From Pristiophorus japonicus (lineage: Eukaryota), in contig NC_091980.1 of NCBI RefSeq assembly GCF_044704955.1, positions 133,362,001-133,426,000 on the forward strand: a stretch of DNA of 64,000 bases. Direction: 5' to 3'. A program made the translations under genes and the position numbers. This document shows positions 26,168-38,014 of the stretch, piece after piece. Position 1 is the stretch's first letter. Each line of letters begins with the position of its first letter. Under the pieces are notes generated by a model, which had not been told where the DNA came from, made no database searches, and worked only from the letters and a program-made list of their open reading frames with translations.

Positions 26168-28103
26168 GAACATAAGAACATAACAAATAAGAGGAGTAGA
26201 CCATTAGCCCCTCACGCCTGCTCCGCCATTTAATAAGATCATGGTTGATCTGATCTTGGGCTCAGTTCCATTTCCCTGCTCGCTCCCCATAACCCTTGAC
26301 TCCCTTATCATTCAAAAATCTGTCTATCTCCACCTTAAATATATTCAATGACCCAGCCTCCACTGCTCTCTGGGACAGAGAATTCCACAGATTTACGACC
26401 CTCTGAGAGAAGAAATTCCTCCTCATCTCCACTTTAAATGGGCGGCCCCTTATTCTTAAACTATGCCCCCTAGCTTTAAATTCCCCATTGAGTGGAAACA
26501 TCCTCTCTGCATCTATCTTGTCAAGCCCCCTCAGTGTCTTATATATTCCAATAAGATCATGGTAGACTGGTCATGAAGGTTAAAGCCCATGGGGTACAGG
26601 ACAAAGTGTCAAGTTGGATCCAAAATTAGCTTGGAGGTAGGAAGCAAAGGGTAATGATTGATGGCTGTTTTTGTGACTGTCGGATGTTTCCAGTGGGATT
26701 CCACAAGGCTCAGTACTAGGACCCTTGCTTTTTGTGGTATATATCAATGATTTAGATTTGAATATGATTAAGAAGTTTGCAGACGACACTGAAATTGGCT
26801 ATGTGGTTGATAATGAAGAGGAAAGTCATGGGCTGCAGGAGGATAGAATCTATTAGTCAGGTGGGCAGAGCAGTGGCAAATGGAATTTAATTCAGAGAAA
26901 TATAAGATGATGCACTTTAGGAGGACTAATAAGGAAAGGGTATACACATTAAATGGTAGGCCACTTAATAGTGTAGATGAACAAAGGGACCTTGGAGTGC
27001 TTGTCCACAGATCCCTGGGAGCAGGCCAGGTGGATAAGATAGTTAAGAAGGCATACGGAATGCTTGCCTTTATTGGCCGAGACATAGAATATAAGAGCAG
27101 GGAGGTTATGCTTAAATTGTATAATAATTTGCTTAGGCCACAGCTGGTGTATTGCCGACAGTTCTGGTCGCCGTATTATAGGAAGGACATGATTGCACTA
27201 GAGACGTTGCAGAGGAGATTTACTAGGATGCTGCCTGGAATGGAGAATCTTAGTTATGAGGACAGATTGGATAGGCTGGGTTTGTTCTCATTGGAACAGA
27301 GGAGGTTGAGAGGAGACCTCATTGAGGTGTACAAAATATTGAGGGGCCTGGACATAGTGGATAGTAAGGGTCTATTTCCATTGGTGGAAGGGTCTATTAC
27401 GAGGGGGCATAGTTTTAAGGTGCTTGGTGGAAGGTTCAGAGGGGATTTGAGGGGGGCTTCTTTATTCAGAAGGTTGGGGGGATCTGGAACTTGCTGCCTG
27501 GAAGAGTGGTGGATGCAGAAATCCTCACCACTTTTAAGAGATGGTTGGATGGGCACTTAAAGTGCACTAATCTACAGGGTTACGGACCGAGAGCTGGTAA
27601 TTGGGATTAGACTGGATGACCTTTTGTTGGACGGAGCAGATATAATGGTAAATACTGCAGGGAATAGAATACGGCCAGGGTGATCTCCTGGCCTCGGTTC
27701 GATCGCCTGGATGGGTCGTAGAGGAATTTTCCCAGATTTTGTCTCCCTAAATTGGCCTGGGTTTTTATCTGGTTTTTGCCTCTCCCAGGAGATCACATGG
27801 CTCCGGTTGGGGTGGTGTGTAGAATGTTTTAGTATAAGGGGTGTCACAGTTGTGGTGAGGTGGATTGGTTGGGCTGGGTGCTCTTTGCCTTTCCGTCATT
27901 GTTCATAGGCTTATATGTAATCTTTAGGGTTGCTGACCAAGGGCCGTGTGGCTCTTTGTCGGCCGGCGCGGACATAATTGGCCGGAATGGCCTCCTTCTG
28001 CGCTGTAAATTTCTATGTTTCTATCACCTCTCATTCTTCTAAACTCCAATGAATATCGGCCCAACCTACTCAAGCTATCTTCATAATTCAACCCCTTCAT
28101 CTG
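26168..28103. mobile_element. Nested CR1s: minus-strand 3' fragment (26168-26560, 28024-28103) interrupted by a plus-strand CR1 RT/3' UTR (26560-28023)
   Basis: ORF 26262-26501(-) EMRRNFFSQRVVNLWNSL; ORF 26880-27560(+) QRDLGV, QFWSPYYRKD, LEQRRLRGDLIEVYKI. Confidence 0.87.
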
Positions 28104-28149
28104 ATCTCTGAGCTCAGAGTGAGGAATGCCTGCAGCTGAATCACATCCG

Positions 28150-29900
28150 TGTTCAGCATGTTAAATTTGTATAGAACCTTGGCTAGACAACACTTGGAGT
28201 ACTATACGCATTTTTGGTCTCCACAGAATTATATAGAATCACAGAATAGTACAGCACACAAGGAGACCATTCGGCCCATCGAGGCTGTGCCGGCTCATTC
28301 GAAGAGCAATCCAGTTAGTCCCACTCTGAGGTTCTTTCCCCAAAATCCCTGCAATTTTTTCCCCTTCAACTATTTATCTAATTCCCATTTTGAAGGCTAC
28401 TATTGAATCTGTTTCCGCCACCCTATCAGGCCGTGCATTCCAAATCCTAATCACTCATTGAGTTAAACAGTTTTTCATTATGTCACCTCTGGTTCTTTTG
28501 CTAATCACATTAATTCTGTGCCCTCTGGTTCTTGACGCTTCAGCTTTTGGAAACAGTTTCTCTTGATTTAACCTTCATGGTTTTAAACACCTCCACCAAA
28601 TCGATCAAATCTCATCTTAGCCTTCTCTGCTCTAAGCAGAATATTACAAATAGGATGTAGAGTATTGACGAAGCTGCAAAAATGATTTACAAGAATGGTA
28701 CCAGAACTGAGACGTTATACCCATTAGGTGTGACTGGACAGGATGGAACTCTTTTCTTTAGAAAAGGGAAGGCGGAAGGGTGACCTGACAGAGATCTTTA
28801 AAATTATATAAAGGTGTTTTGATAACATAGGCGTAGATAAAATGTTTCCACTTGTGGGGGAGTCCAAAACTAAGGCCGATCAATATAAGATAGTCACAAA
28901 TAAATCTAAGAGGGACTTCAAGAGAAACTTCTTGTAAGGGATATAGCAGGCAAAGAGCAGACAGATAGGTAATCAGAACACAATGCTGAAGGTAATGAAC
29001 TGATCAGTATTAGGCAGGTCTGAGGAATTGGTGATGATAATTGCGTATTGTATGTAACACTTGCTTATGTTGGTATAGCTCACTTATAATGAATTAAAGC
29101 TGTATGGGTAATTCATCCTTAACCTTAGTAACACTTAACAAAACAGCCGAAGTCAGCAGTTACAATTTTGATTCGAAGTCTCTGAGAGGAAGAGAAAGGA
29201 AAGCCAATATTTTGGAAGAGTTACTTCAGGCGCCATATAGACTATGGCACAGTGCAAATCACGGAACAAACACAATTGACATATGATGGAAGATGGACAA
29301 TTGCATGTACCACTCAGAGCCAGTCTGATAAGAGACGACAAATCAATGTAACTCCGCTGATAGCAATAGACATATCGATGATTTTGTAGGAGGGTAGCCC
29401 CTCTCCAAAACCTGTATAAATTATACTCGAAACCTCTTGTATTTTGAAGGTTCCATGATTGAACTTGCCCTTGCTCGAAATAAAGCCAGTTGAACCTAAG
29501 GTTTCATTTGTTTGATTCCGTGGTCGTTATACCGAGGGCGAAGGGCGAGGTGTCGATTACCTATATCAGGTAATCCACCCAGAGGAAGAGAAGTCTTTCT
29601 TTTACCCCAACAGAAGGGCAGGTGTCAACTACCTATATCAGGTAGTCCGCCTCGAGGGAGAGAAGTCTTCCTTTTACCCCAACACTTCTTCAGTGGTTAG
29701 AATGTGGAACTTGCTATCAAAAGGAATAGTTGAGGCACAGAGCATAGATGCATTTAAGAGGAAGCTGGATAAAGACATGAAGGAGAAAGGATTGGAAGGA
29801 TATGCTGATAGGGTTAGAAGATGATGGGTGGGAGGAGGCTCATGTGGAATATAAACTCTGGCATGGGCTGAATGGCCTTTTTCTGTACTTTAAATTCTTA
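28150..29900 (+). mobile_element. Old CR1 3' fragment, split by a minus-strand CR1 (about 28225-28640) and a solo LTR
   Basis: LYRTLARQHLEYYTHFWSP; CR1 3' sequence resumes after each insertion. Confidence 0.7.
28933..29684 (+). mobile_element. Solo LTR (752 bp) with 5-bp TSD CTTCT
   Basis: TGTAAG...CAACA termini; CTTCT at 28928-28932 and 29685-29689; TATAAA near 29415; AATAAA near 29479; tandem duplication of the terminal ~73 bp. Confidence 0.85.
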
Positions 29901-30944
29901 AACCACAGGCACCTGTAAAGTTTTTCACATCGAGTGAGTTGAAGAATTTGTTTTGTCTGAAACATGAAGCCGTCAAACCCATCAGCATGCAAACCCAGGT
30001 CGGCTTGTAAAATTTTGACTCATCAACGTATGAAATGTGGTAACATCGATACTCCAAAAGTACTATTGAAAGATACAAAGACTACGGTAAGGCTGGCCAG
30101 ACCCACCAGGGGTGACAGCACAGTGGTATACAATCGGGAGGGAGTGGCCCTGGGCGTCCTCAACATTGAATCCAGAGCCCATTAAGTCTCATGGCTTCAA
30201 GTCAAGCATGGGCAAGGAAACCTCCTGCTGATTACCACCAACTTCCCTCCCTCAGCTGATGAATCACTACTGCTCCATGATGAACATCACTTGGAGGAAG
30301 CACTGATAGTAGCAAGGGCACAGAATGTACTCTGGTTGGGGGACTTCAATGTCCATCACTAAGAGAGGCTCAGAAGCACCAATACTGACCGAGCTGGCCG
30401 AGTCCTGAAGGAATGGTCTGCCAGATTGGGCCTGCGACAGATAGTGAGAGAACCAACAGAAGGGAAATACCTATATGACTTCGTCCTCACCAACCTACCT
30501 GTCACAGACACATCTGTCCATGACAGCATTGGTAGCAGTGACCACCACACAGTCCTTGTAGAGAAGTCCCAACTTTACATTGAGAACACCCTCCATCGTG
30601 TTGTGTGGCACTACTACCGTGCTAAATGGGATAGATTCACAACATATTTATCACCCCAAATGTGAGTATCTATGAGGTGCTGTGGGCCATCAGTAGCTGC
30701 TGATTTGTATTCCACCATAATCTGTAACCTCATGGCCCAGCATATCCCTCACTCTAGCATTACGTTCAACCAAGGGACCAACCCTGGTCAATCAGGAGTG
30801 CAGAAGAGCATGCCAGGAATAGCATCAGGCATACCGAAAAATGAGGTGCCAACCTGGGAAAGCTGCAACACAGGACTACATGCAGGCTAAACAGCAGAAG
30901 CAGCCTGCTATAGACAGAGCAAAACAATCCCACAATCAACGGAT

Positions 30945-31507
30945 TGTTGATACTGGATTCTTTTCCCTTCAATCTGTTTCAGCGAATTCACTGACACACG
31001 AACACTTTTAGTCTTAGCAACATAAGACCTTTATTAGAGAATTAGAGAATCTCCCGGCCAGGACCTGTTAAGATAAAGGGGAACCCACTCGAGTCGAGTT
31101 TGTCCACCTCTGTCCTGACAAGCTACGTAACAGTACAAAAGCTCAACACTTATACACTGTTAAAGCAGAACACATTTGAGTGACACTCAGTTTATACAAT
31201 CATTGGTCGATTTCCCCCATAGCATACCCAATTGCAGGCTAACAACTCTTTGACATAGGGCGGGCCCTATGGATATGTTTACAATTTCGGTCTTAACAGC
31301 ATTTCCCTATTTCATGGCTGGATATAGCAGCCCCTTGTCTGACTCATGTCTAACTTTTGCTTTTTCGCGTAACTCGTGTTTGACCACAACTCTGAGTCGT
31401 CCTTTGTTTGTGTCGACAGGGCAAATATCGCAGCTGGACAATTTCTCTTGGCCATTTTCCCATGATCCCTTACTAACACATTCGCAAACCTTCTATCTAC
31501 ATTCTGA
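30945..31507 (-). repeat. ERV 3' LTR, preceded by PPT AAAAGGGGGGAA (31508-31519)
   Basis: Matches 36849-37411 with 4 substitutions by eye; its TG terminus is mutated to TC. Confidence 0.95.
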
Positions 31508-31543
31508 TTCCCCCCTTTTATCATTCCATGATAAATCTGGTGA

Positions 31544-33009
31544 TTATTCCAGGAGCATCACATTCAGCCGTTCGCATTCTTGTTTCTCATACTCTTCTTG
31601 ATTCTCGAGTAAACCTTTAGTTTGTTCAACCAAATTCCGGGAGCTCGTGACTGTAAGAGTTTGCTCCAATTTCGCCATCATCACCTTACAACAGACATTA
31701 AAGCAACCAATGATCAAGCAACAGGTAACTATTATTACAACGAGAATGACTGCTCCATGCATTAAATAAGATCCCCAGGATCCTCCAAATAATCAATCCA
31801 ACCAACCATCTCCTTTCTTTGGGCCCTGCCTAAACTCATCAAGCTGCTTTTTTATGGCATCAATGGCCTGGGTGATATTGTACAATTCGTCCGTGACATG
31901 TGTTATACATTTGTCCCCTATAATTGTGCATACTCCTCCTTGTTGGGCCAGCTGATAATCCACGGCATAGCGGGTTTGCTGCGTATACAATCTTAGTTCA
32001 GACAGCTCTCTGTTGATGGCATCCAGTCCCTTAGACGTGCTATTTCCCAAAATGGTCAATCCGCAAATAAGGTAGTTCCTATTTTTGGCACTAATTACCC
32101 CCGCTGATTCCCCTACAGATAGGGCCCCAAGGAACCCGTAGCCGAGTGATGACCCCAGCGTGATAGGATCCTCCCAATCAGCACAGAACTCCTTGCTGAT
32201 GGCCCGTGTTACTATCCTTCTCTGGGTATGCCCCCTTTTGGGACATGGGACAGTGAGTGGTCCTATAGTTTCTACTGCAAAGAGGACCGGGAGGGTCGGT
32301 GTGGCTGTCTTAAAGGTACCATTAAGGAGGAACACAAATCCTTTCTTAGCTCTATAACACTTTACGTTAGTGTTGCTAACACTCGTGAACTGCTTATACC
32401 ACCAATTGCTAGGTTCCCTTGAATTTGAGCTTGATCCTACCAATTGGTAAGCATCAAACGGGTATGCCCATGTTTCTGAGCTGACATGAGTTCCGTTACA
32501 CTGACCGCAGACAACTTGCCTTCCTGCGGTCACATTCAGGCATCTTTGCTCGTTACAGGTACAGGTAAACTGGCCCTTACGCACTCGACAGTGCTGATGG
32601 GCACACTGCGTCTGCACACAGGTGGCATTCCCGGGGACCAGGACATATACACAGCCCCACCCGGGTAGCTTGCAATGTCTGAGCATACCGCTCCGTTCTT
32701 TCCCTGGGATCCTCTGCACTCAGGATTCATGGAGTCTATTAATTCCACACATCTTCCCGGTATACCCTTTCTATATTCGCCTGTTTGTCCCTCACAGGGT
32801 GCATCCGAGGTATCTGCCGTATATAAGTCGTGGGGAGTCCACCCAGGGGTAGCCACGAACAGGGCCTCTACTGATTGGGCTAGTGGGTAACACACAGTTC
32901 GATTGCCATGCAATCGGGTATGGGTCTGATAAAATAAGTTATCCTGTAGCCCTTCCAGTTCAGCTAGGATAGTACAAGATAGCACAATTATACCTGCTAG
33001 CTTACACAT
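31544..33009 (-). pseudogene. env: Retroviral env (about 488 codons): signal peptide, Cys-rich SU, TM with immunosuppressive-like domain and membrane anchor; one frameshift near 32700 and one TGA at 31793
   Basis: ORFs 32536-33009, 31793-32719 and 31544-31762; RRIVTR cleavage-like site; QTRYAVDYQLAQQGGVCTIIGDKCI; hydrophobic AVILVVIIVTCCLIIG. Confidence 0.9.
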
Positions 33010-33209
33010 GTTTAGATAATTTTAGACGATACTATACATTAGTTAACAATAGGATAAGGATGGATCAGAAAACAGCTAAGTCTGCTTGTTCCTTTCTCTT
33101 GCCGTGTTCTTGCCGTTTTTCTTCCTGCCCCAAGGATGTGGTTTATTCAGCTATGGAGGAGAGGAAGTCTGGAACAGAAACAAGGGTTAGGACGACCAGT
33201 GGGAGGCTC

Positions 33210-35080
33210 ATTATGAAGTAATAAGTTTACAGTGGTGCAGGTGAACCCAGGCACTGCTCCCTTCAACCTTAACTGCAGTGGGGGTAGTGAGTAACACCTG
33301 AAAAGGCCCCTCCCATTGTGGCTCTAGTCCCTTTCGAATCCATCAGGACATACTTCCCTGGTGCCACAAGAGATGATTCGGGTAACACTGGGAGGTCGAG
33401 GTGAGCCTCTCGAACCTGGTTGTGAGCTAGTCGCAGAGCCCGAGTCAGAGAAAGAACATAGGTGGTCATCAGTCGAGCTGGAATACCATATCTAGGAACA
33501 ATTTCCCTTATTAACACCTTAACAACAGTTTGAGCCTTATTGTCCAGGGTAGGGTAGGCTTCGATCCATTTACTAAACACATCAACTATTACTAACACAT
33601 ATTTGTAACACTGAATTTTTTGCAACTCAATGTAGTCCAACTGCAAAGTCTCAAAGGGGCCCTCTGGTAGAGGCGTCTTACCCCAATTACAGGGGACTCC
33701 CTTCCCTGGATTATGCTGTTGGCAAACAAGGCAACGACTACTGATGTTCTGGGCTAGCATCTGGAGTCTAGGGTGCCACCAAGTGGCCAAAAGCGTGTCA
33801 CTTGTTGTCCTTGCTCCACAATGAGTAGCAAAAATGCATACATTCAATAACCCAGAGAGCCAACTCATCAGACATGCAAGTCTGTTCCGCGGAGTTTAGA
33901 AACATTGTCATAAGTACATCCATAATCTTTCCACAACAGTTTATCTTTTTCAGGAGCGTCCTCCTGTGCTTTAATGACATCTTGGATGGTTGGCATTGGT
34001 TTTTCCGAGGCTAACTTATCCTTGGCAGGACTTTTAGTTTGACTCATCATTCTAGGCACCACCATTTGTTGTCCACAAGAGGCCTGTATAGCCTCTCGGT
34101 CAGCACGGCGGTTTCCTATATTGACCGGAGAGTTTCCGGTAGTGTGGGCAATGCACTTAACAATAGCAATACGTTTAGGGAGCATGAGGGCTTGCAACAA
34201 ATCAGATACTAGTTGCTTATGGGATATCTCGTTTCCCTGTGAGGTCAGGAATCCCCTATTTTTCCATAACTGTCCGAAATCATGGGCTACCCCAAAGGCA
34301 TACCTAGAATCGGTATAGATATTGACTGAGGTCTTTGGCCAAGATACAGGCTCGGGTGAGGGCGAATAGTTCAGCTTGTTGGGCAGAATAGGCGGTTTCA
34401 AAGGCGGCAGATTCCAAGACTTGATCCTCCTGGTTTACTATGGTGTATCCTGAGATTCATGTACCTTCTGGATTAATAGAAGAACTTCTGTCAACATACA
34501 TAATATAGTCTGGGTCTTCCATTGGTACGTCAACTAAATCTTCCCTGACCGATGAGGCCTCCTGAATTAAAGATAAACAATCATGACTGGGTTCTTCCTC
34601 ATCTTGGGGTGGCTCAGTAAGAAAACAGGCTGGATTAATGGCAGTACAGTGCCGAAAAGTCAGCTTAGGATTATTCAGTAGGTAGATCTCATATCTGCTT
34701 TGACTGGCCATGGTAAGGTGTTGAGTCTGCAGTTGGCCCAGGAGGGCGGCTACGGAGTGGGAGGTGTTAAGATAACCGTAGCACAGTCTTTCAGGATTGT
34801 ACAATACAGTTGAAAGGGCCGGTCATGGAGGGGCCGGCTCAAAGCCAGAGCTTGCAGCAGGGCTGTCTTTAGTTCCTTAAAGGCTTGAACGTTTGTGGCT
34901 TCTATTTCAAAGCTGCCTTCTTTAGTTGTGTACGGTGTGAGGTGCTTAGTCATCAGGGCAACGTTAGGGATCCAGGATCTACAGTAATTGATCATCCCCC
35001 ACCACTGTCGCATTTGTTTAGCCGTGCTAGGGACTGGAAACCAGCAAATCGGTTCGTCATCCGGGGAGGTTCTCTGTACA
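33210..35080 (-). pseudogene. pol: Retroviral pol remnant: RT thumb/connection, RNase H, partial integrase
   Basis: KQMRQWWGMINYCRSWIP; IYTDSRYAFGVAHDFGQLWKNRGFLTS; CLVCQQHN and LQLDYI...VDVFSKWIEAYP. No protease and no YxDD region. Confidence 0.88.
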
Positions 35081-35089
35081 ATCAAGTTA

Positions 35090-36226
35090 CGTAATCGGGG
35101 GAATGGTTGGCCAAAGGGGTTGTTCTGGGAGAAGTTAGTGTAAGATCCCCGTCCTCTTCCCCCCTTGCTCCCCTCCTCTTCCTCTTTCGTGCCGACAGGA
35201 GGGACACTCTCTACTCCAATTTCCTTCTTGCCCACAATTAAAGCATTCATCTCGTCTCTCCCATCCTCGGCCTCTTCCCATACCGGGCCGGGGACAATAG
35301 GGTGGTCCGTAATTAGCAGGGCCCGGGCCATTCGGGTGTTGGGTATATCCGTATCCTTGGTTATCCACCCAACCCTTTACACAGTACTGTGGTTCCATCT
35401 GGTATCCCCTCAGGTTGGACCAGGGTCCTCTCCGTGGGGGTTCTTCCTTTCTAGTCACATTCGGTTTTGACCCGGGTCAGGGGTGTGCCTCCTCCTTCCC
35501 CTCCTTTCTTCTCCTGCCAATAATATTTATCTTTAACTCCTTTCGCCGGAGTGTAAGGTGGAGGGGGATGGGAAAGAGGCTGTGACAAAGGGTCAGAGGC
35601 TGCAGGAGGTGCCATTGGGCGCGGCTGTGTCCATTCATCAATTTCATCATCAGCCTCGGTCAACGCAAAACCAACCATTCGACTACGTAGTCTATCTGTA
35701 CCCTTCTCAGAGGTCCCAGGGGAACTCTTAGTACGTTTCTCGTGCGTGCACTCTACAGTTTTAACATGTCCTCCTTCTGTCAAGGACAGCCCTAATTTAA
35801 TGGCGTTTTCCTGCCAGCTTGACAGAAGGGACTCATCTTTCAGCTTTTGACAGTACTGTCTCCATTTGGCTATTAAATCCTTTTTTAACCACCGGGACCA
35901 TATATATATATTTTTTTTACTCAACAAACCTATCCTTTGTGCATTTCCTGGCTCCGTAACTTATCATCGACTATACGTAATTCAATAAGGTTCACACTCT
36001 TAAACTTCCCACATACAGGACAACACTACGAAGGGTTAAAAAAACTTTCACTGTTTGAAAAAGTGGGTGGAGCTAAAGCAAACCACAACTCCCCGGTCTC
36101 CCCAACACAAGCTTTCTCATCCACAGTAAAAATCATACAAGCATTTAAAACAGACGTTCACAAGAGTCTTTTTTTTTTGGATCCATGACCTTTCAGGGAA
36201 TTCATAGTTTTATCTAAATTACCCAT
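35090..36226 (-). pseudogene. gag: Retroviral gag remnant (MG start, PPPY late domain, NC zinc knuckle)
   Basis: ATG GGT AAT at 36226; HPPPPYTP; CFNCGQEGNWSRECP; only about 1.1 kb, no recognisable capsid domain. Confidence 0.75.
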
Positions 36227-36828
36227 CCTTGTGTCGCCGCACGTTGGATCGGGGTCCTAATTAATCCGAATCGTCCCCCACGCCGCCCCGTGGTATTCTC
36301 AGTTTAGCTTACCTAGAGCCTAGGTGGACCAAGTGATATACAAGATCGACACCGCACCTGGCGTAAGTACAATTTAAAATTTACGCAGTCCCGTGTAGTC
36401 CCGCAGCTTAATTTTACGTAATTCCCTAACCTTCGCGTTTCCCTACGCGGTTCGCGCGATTCTCTATTTACTTGGGCCTCGAACACACACAGCCTGTTCG
36501 TGACGCCGCACGACAATCCTTACTTTTTCTAGGTTTCCGATTTAAATCCCATCAGTGCCTAGACGGGCCAAGTGATATACAAGGTCGACGTCACACCTGA
36601 CTTGGACACTTATTTTCTAAGTTTAAAACGTGTTCGCCAGATTGACCTGGATCTCGTTCAGACACCACCTGAGAACCAGCGAGTGGCTAAACTTTCCTCA
36701 GACTTTTGAAACCGGAGGAAACTGGAGCAGTATTGAAATTATACTTACTCCAGTGGCCATTTCTCTCTCGTCTCGTCCAAGGCTAGTCTGGCTCTTAATT
36801 CGCAAGTTTTCGGCAGTCGTCCGTTGAG

Positions 36829-36846
36829 ATCCCACTTCTGACACCA
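36829..36846 (-). promoter_or_regulatory. ERV primer-binding site, tRNA-Leu type
   Basis: TGGTGTCAGAAGTGGGAT, 2 nt inside the 5' LTR, complementary to the vertebrate tRNA-Leu(CAA) 3' end ATCCCACTTCTGACACCA as recalled. Confidence 0.85.
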
Positions 36847-36848
36847 AA

Positions 36849-37411
36849 TGTTGATACTGGATTCTTTTCCCTTCAATCTGTTTCAGCGAATTCACTGACA
36901 CACGAACACTTTTAGTCTTAGCAACATAAGACCTTTATTAGAGAATTAGAGAATCTCCCGGCCGGGACCTGTTAAGATAAAGGGGAACCCACTCGAGTCG
37001 AGATTGTCCACCTCTGTCCTGACAAGCTACGTAACAGTACAAAAGCTCAACACTTATACACTGTTAAAGCAGAACACATTTGAGTGACACTCAGTTTATA
37101 CAATCATTGGTCGATTTCCCCCATAGCATACCCAATTGCAGGCTAACAACTCTTTGACATAGGGCGGGCCCTATGGATATGTTTACAATTTCGGTCTTAA
37201 CAGCATTTCCCTATTTCATGGCTGGATATAGCAGCCCCTTGTCTGACTCATGTCTAACTTTTGCTTTTTCGCGTAACTCGTGTTTGACCACAACTCTGAG
37301 TCGTCCTTTGTTTGTGTCAACAGGGCAAATATCGCAGCTGGACAATTTCTCTTGGCCATTTTCCCATGATCCCTTACTAACACATTCGCAAACCTTCTAT
37401 CTACATTCTCA
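36849..37411 (-). repeat. ERV 5' LTR
   Basis: TG...CA on the minus strand; minus-strand TATAA and AATAAA; followed by the PBS. Confidence 0.95.
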
Positions 37412-38014
37412 GGATCAGATCAAGGTCTGCAGACTTACCACATCTCGTTGTGAATGATGGTGGACCATTAAACAACTAACGGGAGGAAGAGGCTCCATGA
37501 ACATCCCCATCCTCAATGATGGAGGAGCCCAGCTCATCAGTGCAAAAGACAAGCCTGAAGCTTTTGCAACCATCTTCAGCCAGAAGTGCCTCATGGAGGA
37601 TCCATCTCAGCCTCCTGCTGAGGTCCCCACCATCACAGAAGCCAGTCTTCAGCTAATTCAATTCACTTCACGTGATATCAAGAAACAGCTGAGCCCACTG
37701 GATACAGCAAAGGCTATGGCAGTCGTGCAGAACACTTGTGCTCCAGAACTGCCCAGGTATGTCCTGTCCACAAAAAGCAGGACAAATCCAATCTGGACAA
37801 TTACCGCCCCATCAGTCTACTCCCAATCATCAGCAAAGTGATGGAAGGTGTTGTCAACAGTACTATTAAGCAGCACTTATTCACCAAGCAGCTTCTCACC
37901 TGTGGATAGTTTGGGTTCCACCAGGACCACTCGGCTCCAGACCTCCTTACAGCTTGGTCCAAACAAGAGAGCTGAATTACAGAATTACAAAAAAAATCAA
38001 AAATCAAAAATCAA

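Larger units (their letters stand above)
30945..37411 (-). mobile_element. Endogenous retrovirus (class I, epsilon/gamma-like pol), internally deleted provirus, 6467 bp
   Basis: Two 563-bp LTRs, 4-bp TSD GGAT (30941-30944 / 37412-37415), PBS, PPT, and gag/pol/env remnants. Confidence 0.95.

Noticed and set aside
31269-31601. Plus-strand ORF repeated at 37173-37457
   Set aside because: It is repeated only because it lies in the LTR; it is antisense to the provirus with no recognisable domain.
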